DNA of 21,554 nucleotides from Potamolinea sp. (GCA_042408245.1 JAYFMV010000019.1:67511-89064); one strand, 5' to 3'; counted from the stretch's first letter, positions 8,115 to 15,335 are shown. The notes: generated by a model from the sequence alone, not told the origin. Made by a program: numbers and translations.

Positions 8115-8138
8115 CCCCCACCTGTTCCGAGGTGGGGG
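8115..8138. repeat. Subterminal hairpin at the tnpA-proximal end (left end) of the IS605-type element
   Basis: CCCCCACCT gttccg AGGTGGGGG, a perfect 9-bp stem. Same motif and orientation as at 6231-6257. Confidence 0.65.
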
Positions 8139-8307
8139 AGTGCGCCTCACTTGAAGTTCAACAAAGCTGGCCTGTAACAGACTTGGTAATTTCAGCAAAA
8201 GCGGGTCAAATTTTGGTAGCGTACTAAACAGGAAAGATTTAATATCAGCCCCGAATTGGGCTGAATATTTTCTATCGATTTTTACGCTTGTCTTGGGAGA
8301 ATAGTAA

Positions 8308-8496
8308 ATGACCATCATATTTCAAATAGCGCTCGCGGCTCTGGTTGCCTTGTCATTCGTCATGGTTGTCGGTGTCCCCGTCGCCTACGCATCCCCTCAA
8401 AACTGGTCTCAATCGAAAAATTTGATTTTCTTGGGTTCTGGGGTTTGGGCTGCTCTTGTCATTCTAGTTGGCGTCTTGAATTTTTTGGTGGTTTAG
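8308..8496 (+). CDS. psbZ: Photosystem II reaction-centre protein Z
   Basis: 62 aa: [62 protein letters not shown]. Two transmembrane helices and the conserved [10 protein letters not shown] / LIFLGSG core. An SD-like GGGAGA sits 9 nt upstream. Confidence 0.9.
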   Translation: MTIIFQIALAALVALSFVMVVGVPVAYASPQNWSQSKNLIFLGSGVWAALVILVGVLNFLVV

Positions 8497-8509
8497 AGTG
8501 ACTACTCCT

Positions 8510-8536
8510 GCACTAAATGCTTAGGCATTATAGTGC
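8510..8536. repeat. Near-perfect palindrome centred on the stop codon of the solo tnpB, 14 nt after the psbZ stop
   Basis: GCACTAAATGC ttag GCATTaTAGTGC. Candidate right-end or omega-RNA 3' hairpin of the solo tnpB element, or the psbZ 3' stem-loop, or both. Confidence 0.5.
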
Positions 8537-9786
8537 AGGCTTCCCAGATCGCTATTGGATATTGCTGCCCTACGCCACTTATCTAGGCTCATCACCCCCG
8601 ACAGCCCGACATGAGTGCCAATTTCTTTCCCCCAAAGTCCTTGGGTACTCAGTTGCTCATAACCTCGGTTACAGATTTCCTGTGCCGAGACTACATCTCT
8701 ATCAGCTTCGTAACCACATTCTGGGCAACTATGCCATCGCTCTTTCAGTTCTTTCCTGACTTCAATGCGGCAATTTGGACAAGTCTGAGACGTTCCTTTG
8801 TGGTTGACCTCGGCAACATATACACCTCGCTGTTTACCCACATAAGAAAGGATAGTTCTGAACTGTCCAAAGGCTGCATCAATGGTGTGCTTACCTAAAA
8901 AGCCCTTTGCCATGATTCGGAAATCGATATCTTCCACGAAGATGGTATCAGCCATGTCACACAATTTGTGAGCCAATTTGAACTGATAGTCTTTACGTTT
9001 GAAGGCAATGTGGTTATGTTGACGCTCTACCTTGAGCCTAACTTTCTCATAGTTTTTAGAGCGCTTCTTCTTTTTCGACAGTCTGCGTTGTAGCACTTTC
9101 AGCCGACGATGCTCTGTGGCAAAGAATTTACGCCCTGGCTCAATGAATCCTTCACTGGTCGCTAGATAATTATTCAACCCAACATCCACCCCAATCAAGT
9201 GTCCGTGAGGCATGGGAGCGGGGATAGAGAGATCAGAATGAATGCTGATTACAGCAAACCAGCCCATTGCTTTTTTGAGTATCCTGACTTGTTTGACTAC
9301 AAACCCTTCTGGGATTGGTCGATGCAAGTTGATTTGAACTTTCCCCAGTTTGGGTAACTTGATTTGCCACCCTGTAATTGGATTAGTGGAAAACTGAGGA
9401 AAAAGTATCGACTTCCAGAGTCCATACTTCTTGAATCTCGGAAATCCATAACCCCTTTTCTGGAAAAAGTCCCAGGAATCATGCAATCTTCTAATCGTTG
9501 TTTGCAACACCTGAGAAGGCACTGCTGCTAGTCGCGGAAAGTCCTTTTTAGCTTTGGGGAGATTGTTTTGCTGCTGATGGTATCCAGGAAAAGGATAGTC
9601 AGCACTCATGATGTACTCTGACTCCAAACTACAGCTATCTATTGGACACTTCCTAGAAGCAATCCAGTCCTTTAGTTCCCTGAGTGCATAGTTATACGCA
9701 TGACGACAAGTTTCAAGCCATTCGTTCAGTAACTCGACTTGCTGCTCATCGGGTATTAGGCGGTAGGTGTAGTTGAGAGTTATCAT
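8521..9786 (-). CDS. tnpB: Canonical TnpB (IS605 OrfB / IS1341-like) RNA-guided nuclease family protein. Solo, with no tnpA.
   Basis: N-terminus YRLIPDEQQVELLNEWLETCRHAYNYAL. RuvC-I motif LIGVDVGLNNYLATS. RuvC-II motif TIFVEDIDF. Intact zinc finger TSQTCPNC...WHSCPECG. RuvC-III motif ADRDVVSAQEICNRG. Confidence 0.85.
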   Translation of the reverse strand: MITLNYTYRLIPDEQQVELLNEWLETCRHAYNYALRELKDWIASRKCPIDSCSLESEYIMSADYPFPGYHQQQNNLPKAKKDFPRLAAVPSQVLQTTIRRLHDSWDFFQKRGYGFPRFKKYGLWKSILFPQFSTNPITGWQIKLPKLGKVQINLHRPIPEGFVVKQVRILKKAMGWFAVISIHSDLSIPAPMPHGHLIGVDVGLNNYLATSEGFIEPGRKFFATEHRRLKVLQRRLSKKKKRSKNYEKVRLKVERQHNHIAFKRKDYQFKLAHKLCDMADTIFVEDIDFRIMAKGFLGKHTIDAAFGQFRTILSYVGKQRGVYVAEVNHKGTSQTCPNCRIEVRKELKERWHSCPECGYEADRDVVSAQEICNRGYEQLSTQGLWGKEIGTHVGLSGVMSLDKWRRAAISNSDLGSLHYNA

Positions 9787-9857
9787 GGTTTAATCTTACC
9801 ACTACTAGCAACAATGGTAAATGCTAATTTTACCGGGATTGACCGGATAAAATTAGC

Positions 9858-9954
9858 TTGGGGGGTGGCTGTATCCCACCGCTAAAATATCAAAAGCAAC
9901 GACTTCTTCGTTTTGAATCGCCCTGATTTATAGCGGGGGACTTATCCACCCCCC
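9858..9954. repeat. Palindromic MITE-like element with an 11-bp perfect terminal inverted repeat (TTGGGGGGTGG / CCACCCCCCAA), extended imperfectly to about 25 bp
   Basis: ttggggggtggctgtatcccaccgct ...47 nt... agcgggggacttatccaccccccaa. The centre contains its own small hairpin AACGA-cttct-TCGTT. It lies 70 nt upstream of the solo tnpB start and could be the left end of that element. Confidence 0.5.
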
Positions 9955-10028
9955 AAACCCCCCATTAAGTTAAAAGGGTAATCGGCACCAAAGTTTTTAA
10001 CTTTGCCTGCTTTCGGTACGGAGTCAAC

Positions 10029-10120
10029 CAACAAGCTTAAGGATTGCAACCGCTCAATCCAGTATTCAATAAGTTGGTTGACTGTTTTTTCCAACTTATG
10101 CGTAATCCTTAAGCTTGTTG
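10029..10120. repeat. 17-bp perfect inverted repeat (CAACAAGCTTAAGGATT / AATCCTTAAGCTTGTTG) flanking a 58-nt core that contains the hairpin GTTGG-ttgactgtttttt-CCAAC
   Basis: Direct reading of the sequence. No ORF. Sits in the long spacer between tnpB and ribH. Confidence 0.55.
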
Positions 10121-10573
10121 TATCGAGGTTCGGAAAGCTCAACAAAAATTGATTTTTCCTGCATAAATGCATCCAGAATAATAGTGATATATTATATGCT
10201 ATATTACTCACTGGTCGTTGACCTGCCTGACCGACTAAAGGGCTCTTGAAGTACTAGCGATAGATCAGGGAAAAAACCTCCCCATTTGATAGTCATTGCC
10301 CAAGTCCAAGGGATGTTGTACCAATGAAAATCAAACTGCCTTTGGAAGGAGGGCGGCTGCCAGGGTAACATCATGGGGTGTTGCAGGAGTTCGGGTCACA
10401 GTGCGTGCCTCAAACCTCCGGAGGACGAGTCAGACTCAAAGCTGATTTAGTTCGGAATTCCTAGCAAGAGGAATCCCTAACAGAGCATCGACCTGTGAAA
10501 CTGGAAGCTCCCGCTATAACGGTGCGACCTTGAGCGGTGAGTGCTTCAATATTAACAATTTCACACGACAGAC

Positions 10574-11179
10574 ATGGCAGTTTTCGAGGGCAACTTTACT
10601 TCATCAACACCTCTGCGGTTTGCGATCGTCATCGGTCGCTTTAATGACTTAGTGACGGACAAACTTTTAGCAGGGTGTCAAGATTGCTTGAAGCGCCACG
10701 GTGTTGATGTTAATCCCCACGGCACTCAAGTTGACTATATTTGGGTGCCTGGTAGTTTTGAGGTGCCGATGCTGGCTCGCCAAGCAGCGCTCAGCCGTCG
10801 TTATGATGCTGTGATTTGCCTTGGTGCCGTCATCCGAGGTCAAACACCTCATTTTGATTATGTCGCTGCTGAAGTCTCCAAGGGGATCGCAGCGGTTGGC
10901 ATGGAAACTGGCGTGCCAGTAATTTTTGGTATTGTGACAACGGATACCATGCAGCAAGCTCTGGAACGTGCGGGCATCAAGAGTAATAAGGGTTGGGAGT
11001 ATGCTATTAATGCCTTAGAAATGGCAAGTTTAATGCAGCAGTTTAAGGGCAACCGAGCAGCCTCAGCTTACAATGCCTATGAAACTGGTGCCGTGACTAC
11101 CCAAGCTCTGCCAATTCCCGCGAATCGGACGCTGGTTTCAGAGTCAACGGTTGAACATACAGAGGCTACTAATTCTTGA
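10574..11179 (+). CDS. ribH: 6,7-dimethyl-8-ribityllumazine synthase, with a C-terminal extension of about 40 aa
   Basis: MAVFEGNF...[19 protein letters not shown], then VPGSFEVP and the rest of the lumazine-synthase core. An extra Ala/Thr-rich tail follows the conserved domain. Confidence 0.9.
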   Translation: MAVFEGNFTSSTPLRFAIVIGRFNDLVTDKLLAGCQDCLKRHGVDVNPHGTQVDYIWVPGSFEVPMLARQAALSRRYDAVICLGAVIRGQTPHFDYVAAEVSKGIAAVGMETGVPVIFGIVTTDTMQQALERAGIKSNKGWEYAINALEMASLMQQFKGNRAASAYNAYETGAVTTQALPIPANRTLVSESTVEHTEATNS

Positions 11180-11265
11180 TTCCCTCAAAGGACACTCATC
11201 AACGGATATTTTTGTCAACTGTTGATTGACGCCTGTACCATTAGCTGAAAACTTGCAAACAACAG

Positions 11266-11306
11266 TTGACAAATTTTTAGAGTTCTGAGAGTATAGATAT
11301 TAATGC
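11266..11306 (+). promoter_or_regulatory. Possible sigma70-type promoter for tRNA-Gly: TTGACA at 11266-11271 with AT-rich -10 candidates (TATAGA / TATTAAT) ahead of the tRNA 5' end
   Basis: The consensus -35 hexamer is clear. The spacing to the best -10 candidates is 18-25 nt, so the exact -10 box is ambiguous. Confidence 0.25.
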
Positions 11307-11312
11307 AGTGAT

Positions 11313-11384
11313 GCGGGTATAGCTCAGTGGTAGAGCGTCACCTTGCCAAGGTGAATGTCGCGCGTTCGAATCGCGTTACCCGCT
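11313..11384 (+). tRNA. tRNA-Gly (anticodon GCC)
   Basis: A cloverleaf was folded by hand. Acceptor stem GCGGGTA/TACCCGC. D arm GCTC-AGTGGTA-GAGC. Anticodon stem TCACC/GGTGA with loop TTGCCAA. T arm GCGCG-TTCGAAT-CGCGT. Discriminator T. No encoded CCA. Confidence 0.9.
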
Positions 11385-11590
11385 TAAGTAACATAAAAAT
11401 ACCAGTTTTACCCAGACGAAAACCGCTGTAATCAAGCAAACAGCGAGCTTGAGTTTGAGGAAATGCCGAACAGAGATTGGTGAAGATCAAGGAAAGCGCT
11501 AATATATAAAAAAATGGGCGCTTACTGTACATCGCCAAAAACGGGGTCTGGGACGCTGCTCCCGCCGTAAGGCTTTTCCATCACACTAGC

Positions 11591-12076
11591 GTGAGTGACA
11601 AACCTTACGACGTATGTTTTGTAGATAATCTTTGCTTGAAGTATTTTGTTCATGAAATAGCGCTTGTGCCATCTCAGAAAACTCAGAAAATTGACTTAAA
11701 TACTGAGTACCCCTGTCCTTGTAGGCGTCGGGGAGCTTTAGTACCGATTACACTGACAGAAGCATTTGGCTGCAATCGCTGTCAGCAAATTTTCGTTGTC
11801 GAAGAAAGTGGGTATGTGATTGAGCAACTGTCCACAAGCTACCCCTACAAAAAAGCTTGGCGTTGGACAGGCCATCGGTGGAGTACGGCAAATTCTAGTC
11901 TTGGAGAAAGTTATCTTCCCATAGCGCTGGGAATTGTCTTCGTGCTGCTGATTTTCTGGCTACCGTTGGCCCTGCGCTCTCCCACAGGACTAAGCAACAT
12001 TATTCTCTGGACATTGCTGGCCGTGCTGCTAGCTTTGCTCCCAGCGTTAATGGTCTGGCTAACTTACCGACGTTAG
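11591..12076 (+). CDS. Hypothetical protein with an N-terminal zinc-ribbon-like region (CPC...CNRC) and two C-terminal transmembrane helices
   Basis: 161-aa ORF ending 7 nt before the proA-like start. EYPCPCRRRG...FGCNRCQQIF. Hydrophobic segments LPIALGIVFVLLIFWLPLAL and IILWTLLAVLLALLPALMVWL. Confidence 0.5.
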   Translation: MSDKPYDVCFVDNLCLKYFVHEIALVPSQKTQKIDLNTEYPCPCRRRGALVPITLTEAFGCNRCQQIFVVEESGYVIEQLSTSYPYKKAWRWTGHRWSTANSSLGESYLPIALGIVFVLLIFWLPLALRSPTGLSNIILWTLLAVLLALLPALMVWLTYRR

Positions 12077-12082
12077 CAGAAT

Positions 12083-13351
12083 ATGGAAATCGACGCTTGT
12101 AGCTTTGCGCTTAACCCGACTGATGCTGTGAGTCGTGCTTATCAGGCTTCTCTGGCTCTAGCAACTACCAACGGAATAGACCGCTCTCGTGGCGTCCAAG
12201 CGATGGCGCAGGCGCTGCAAAAATCCTTTGATGATATTTTGGAGGCCAACACCCTAGATTTAGAAGCAAGCCGAGAAATGGCTGTGCCAGAGCTAGTTTG
12301 GGAGTGGCTAAAGCTGACACCAGAGCGCCTTCAAACCACCATCCAGATCTTACAAAGAATTGGCGAATTATCAGATCCGATCCGGCGGGTGATGAACGCC
12401 TCTTATCAACTTGAACACTCTCAGACTTACGCTCAATTGATGCCACTGGGAGTAATTGCTTTAATTTATGAGGCATTTCCAGAGTTGGGGGCGATCGCTG
12501 CTGGTTTTTGTATCAAGACTGGCAATAGCCTAATTCTCAGAGGAGGTAGCGAAGCCAGTCAATCTAACCAGGTAATTGCCAAAGCCTTACAAACTGCACT
12601 CGATGAAGCTGGTTTGCCAGTGGGATGCTTGGAACTATTGCCATCAGAACAGGGTACTTCGATTCGAGATTTAGTCACTCAAGATCGATATCTAAGTCTG
12701 GTTATTCCCTATGGACGACCAACGCTAGTCCAGCAGGTGACGCAGCAAGCAACGGCACCCATTTTGAGGTCGGCAATGGGCAACTGTTACCTTTACTGGT
12801 CTGGCACTGGTAGTTTGGGAATGGTAACTTCGGTGATTTTAGACAGTCACGCTAGCGAACCAGACCCCGTGAATGCGATTGAAAAAATTCTCATCAGTCG
12901 CTTGTCAAAGCCTTCTTCCTTGGTAATTTTGTGGAAAAGCCTCAAGGAAAAAGGCTTTAAACTTAGAGGCGATGCTGAGCTAGTGGCTGAATTTCCCGAA
13001 TATTTGACCTTGGCTACAGATGCTGAGTGGAACCAACCTTATCTTGATAAGATTGTGGCTTTTAAAGTAGTAGACACTCTCGAAGAGGCGATCGCCTGGA
13101 TGAACCACTACAGTAGCGGTCATGCTGATTGCATTGTCACCGAGTCTTACCAAGAAAGTCGCCAGTTTGCTTTAGGTGTCGATAGCGCTTCAGTTTACAT
13201 TAATTCCTCGCCGCGATTTTCACGCAACCCAAAACGGGGAGATGCAGTTTTTCTGGGGATGTGTAATCAGAAAGGATATCGTCGGGGGATGATTAGCCTT
13301 GAGACGCTAACGACACTCAAACAGGTTGTGCAGGGAAATGGAAAATATTAA
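12083..13351 (+). CDS. Gamma-glutamyl phosphate reductase (ProA) family protein; probable non-catalytic paralog with Val in place of the nucleophilic Cys
   Basis: Collinear with ProA along the whole length: PLGVIALIYEA, KTGNSLILRGG, GNCYLY (ProA GVCHIY), HADCIV (ProA HSDAIL), VDSASVYINSSPRF and LETLTTLK. At the TCNAxETLLV active-site motif the protein reads DPVNAIEKILI: P, N, E and LL[IV] are conserved but Cys is replaced by Val. Confidence 0.75.
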   Translation: MEIDACSFALNPTDAVSRAYQASLALATTNGIDRSRGVQAMAQALQKSFDDILEANTLDLEASREMAVPELVWEWLKLTPERLQTTIQILQRIGELSDPIRRVMNASYQLEHSQTYAQLMPLGVIALIYEAFPELGAIAAGFCIKTGNSLILRGGSEASQSNQVIAKALQTALDEAGLPVGCLELLPSEQGTSIRDLVTQDRYLSLVIPYGRPTLVQQVTQQATAPILRSAMGNCYLYWSGTGSLGMVTSVILDSHASEPDPVNAIEKILISRLSKPSSLVILWKSLKEKGFKLRGDAELVAEFPEYLTLATDAEWNQPYLDKIVAFKVVDTLEEAIAWMNHYSSGHADCIVTESYQESRQFALGVDSASVYINSSPRFSRNPKRGDAVFLGMCNQKGYRRGMISLETLTTLKQVVQGNGKY

Positions 13352-13591
13352 TTAGTTATTGGTTCTTGATTGTGTAGGCTATATTTTGCCAAAATCATGA
13401 TTTAACTCAGAGCATCCCCATCTGATTATAGCTAAAATTAGTGTAAAAAAATAGACACAAAATAGCCCATCTCTGAAAAGACGTATTTGCGTTCAATAAA
13501 TGAATTCATTCTCAATAATCTTGAGAATACCCCCCTTTTATTGAGAAAATTCTAGTTATACAAAAATTTACGCGGTTTTTACAAAAGTTTG

Positions 13592-13629
13592 CAAAAAACA
13601 GGACAGGGGGGAACCCTGTCCTGCAAAAA
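13592..13629 (-). terminator. Intrinsic terminator for the minus-strand small ORF
   Basis: 10-bp GC-rich stem CAGGACAGGG / CCCTGTCCTG with a GGGAA loop. On the minus strand the stem is followed immediately by TTTTTTG. Confidence 0.45.
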
Positions 13630-13728
13630 CAACTAATAAGATCATGTCCAACTGCATCGGTATTATCAGCTCAGACAGCAGGAGCCTCACCCCATAATCG
13701 CTTCGATTTGGTGTGAGAGGAATGCGAG

Positions 13729-13899
13729 TCAAAGGAAGGGGTTCAATACCCCTTTCTTTGACATTTTCTTGGCTAGAGTTCGCAGGTAATCTCTAAACAC
13801 GTCATTCTGGGTTCTGGCGGTCATCTCGCAGTATTGTCGCCACACTTCTTTTTCTTCCGGGGTGAGGCGAAAGTTAACATTTTCGGTAAGTTTTGCCAT
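13729..13899 (-). CDS. Small ribbon-helix-helix (CopG/Arc-like) DNA-binding protein, 56 aa; below the ORF-track length cutoff
   Basis: Translates as MAKLTENVNFRLTPEEKEVWRQYCEMTARTQNDVFRDYLRTLAKKMSKKGVLNPFL. The beta-strand (VNFRLT) plus two helices match the RHH signature. ATG at 13899, stop at 13729-13731. The start lies 35 nt from the divergent tnpB-like start. The terminator sits about 100 nt downstream. Confidence 0.5.
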   Translation of the reverse strand: MAKLTENVNFRLTPEEKEVWRQYCEMTARTQNDVFRDYLRTLAKKMSKKGVLNPFL

Positions 13900-13933
13900 T
13901 ACTTTGTATTTGATATTCCATTACAATAGTGAC

Positions 13934-15298
13934 ATGAAATACACTTACCAGTACAAGGCGCTTCCCACAACCGAACAGAAGCTAGAGTTGAATCTCTGGC
14001 GGCGAACCTGCCAGTACTGGTATAATCGCCAACTCGGAGATCGCGTTATGTGGTGGGACTCAAACCGCACACCTGTTGACGCTTGCCCACTGGTGGCGAC
14101 GCTGCCAGAACTTCGTGACCAACCCAACTACTACAGCCAGAAAAAGTATCTACCAGGACTCAAGAAAGAACCTGTATTAGTGGAGTGGTCTGGGGAAAAG
14201 TTAGACTTATCAAGAGTTCCAGCAAACACGTTACAGGAAGTCTGTAAACGAGTTGACTTGGCCTTCCAACGATTTACCGCAGGTGATACAAGCGGAAACC
14301 GAAGCGGCAGACCCCGCTTCAAGTCACAATCTCGCTATCGTTCATTTGTGATTGAAGGCGCCTCTTTGGATCTATACTCTTGCTCAATTGGCGGCAAGTT
14401 CCTGTACATTAAGGTGCCAAAGATTGGTGTCGTCAAAATTCGTTCTCATCGGCATTTGCCTGATGGTGCAGTTCTCAAGCAATTGCAGTTCATCAAGAAC
14501 AATGATGGCTGGTTCGTTAATCTTCGGTTGGAAGATCCAACTGTTCCCATTTGCACCAATGACATCATTCCCACTTGGGAAAACTCGCTGGGCATGGACG
14601 CTGTGCTGCATGAAGAAGATTACCTAGCAACCAGTGAGAATACCAAGCTTCCCTCCCTGAAGGTGTTGAGGAAAAGCCAGCACAAACTAACTCACGTTTC
14701 CTCAAAAAAGAACGCCCGAAAGCGCGGCTCTAAGGCACGTCGAAAGCTGGCGAAAAGAGAGGGCAAACTGCATCAAAAGATTGCCAGACATCGTAAAAAT
14801 TTCCACTACAAAACCGCCCATAAATTGTTGAGAACGGGCAAGAAAGTTTTCTTCCATGAAGACCTCAACCTAAAAGGTCTGTCAAGGCGCAACGCCCCCA
14901 AACAAGACGAAACTGGGGCATACATACCGAATGGACAGTCTGCCAAGTCGGGACTCAATATGAGTTGGTCTGATGCTGCCTTCGGTCAATTCTTTCAAAT
15001 CCTCGGTCACATAGCTGGAAAAGCTGGAGCCGTAGTGATACCGAAGAATCCCGCTTATACCTCCCAACTCCTTGCTTATCGAGATGAAGTGATCTTCATC
15101 GACTGTGGCATTCGCCAGTATTGGGATGAGCTAGAAAATCTCTGGGTTGATCGTGACGTTAATGCTGCGATCAATGTTCTGAGAGTGGGGCTGGACGTGT
15201 TCCCCACTATAAAACGCCGTAAAGGTGGAATAGTAATAGTCGGTTCTATCACTAAAGATACCTCCAAGGAAGTTCTACGCATTCTCCGGAGTGCTTGA
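13934..15298 (+). CDS. tnpB: TnpB-family RuvC-like protein (IS605 OrfB) with the zinc finger degenerated
   Basis: N-terminus MKYTYQYKALPTTEQKLELNLWRRTCQYWYNRQLGDR. RuvC-I motif SLGMDAVL. RuvC-II motif KVFFHEDLNLKG. YTSQ motif. RuvC-III motif DRDVNAAINVL. The CxxC...CxxC pairs are replaced by LAYRDE...FIDCGIRQ. The ORF-track start at 13862 is a GTG extension that overlaps the divergent RHH ORF; the ATG at 13934 is in frame and fits the family N-terminus. Confidence 0.75.
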   Translation: MKYTYQYKALPTTEQKLELNLWRRTCQYWYNRQLGDRVMWWDSNRTPVDACPLVATLPELRDQPNYYSQKKYLPGLKKEPVLVEWSGEKLDLSRVPANTLQEVCKRVDLAFQRFTAGDTSGNRSGRPRFKSQSRYRSFVIEGASLDLYSCSIGGKFLYIKVPKIGVVKIRSHRHLPDGAVLKQLQFIKNNDGWFVNLRLEDPTVPICTNDIIPTWENSLGMDAVLHEEDYLATSENTKLPSLKVLRKSQHKLTHVSSKKNARKRGSKARRKLAKREGKLHQKIARHRKNFHYKTAHKLLRTGKKVFFHEDLNLKGLSRRNAPKQDETGAYIPNGQSAKSGLNMSWSDAAFGQFFQILGHIAGKAGAVVIPKNPAYTSQLLAYRDEVIFIDCGIRQYWDELENLWVDRDVNAAINVLRVGLDVFPTIKRRKGGIVIVGSITKDTSKEVLRILRSA

Positions 15299-15302
15299 GA
15301 AG

Positions 15303-15335
15303 CCTACACCAACCTGATTACAGGTATGGTGTAGG
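15303..15335. repeat. Perfect 9-bp stem hairpin with a palindromic loop, 5 nt after the tnpB-like stop; candidate right-end or omega-RNA structure
   Basis: CCTACACCA acctgattacaggta TGGTGTAGG. The loop is itself palindromic (ACCTG/CAGGT). Confidence 0.5.

Larger units (their letters stand above)
6150..8160 (-). mobile_element. IS200/IS605-family insertion sequence of the IS605 type, with divergent tnpA and tnpB. Ends are approximate.
   Basis: Y1 transposase gene and tnpB-like gene, divergent and overlapping by 7 nt. Near-identical subterminal hairpins in direct orientation at 6231-6257 and 8115-8138 (CCCCACCT-6 nt-AGGTGGGG). This is typical of the family, which lacks terminal inverted repeats. 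Confidence 0.7.

Noticed and set aside
9942-10211. 89-aa minus-strand ORF in the tnpB-ribH spacer
   Set aside because: It overlaps both palindromic repeat elements and ends in a GGLGGG low-complexity translation of the C/G-homopolymer inverted repeat. No start context or homology. Most likely non-coding.
10250-10573. FMN riboswitch upstream of ribH
   Set aside because: None of the conserved FMN-aptamer sequence blocks could be recognised by eye. The region is kept only as a generic 'structured leader' finding.
11338-11538. 66-aa minus-strand ORF
   Set aside because: It overlaps the tRNA-Gly gene on the opposite strand. This is a spurious translation.
13862-13933. GTG-initiated N-terminal extension of the tnpB-like ORF (MRRKLTFSVSFAITLYLIFHYNSD)
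   Set aside because: The family N-terminus begins at the in-frame ATG at 13934 (MKYTYQYK...). The extension overlaps the start of the divergent RHH ORF on the other strand.
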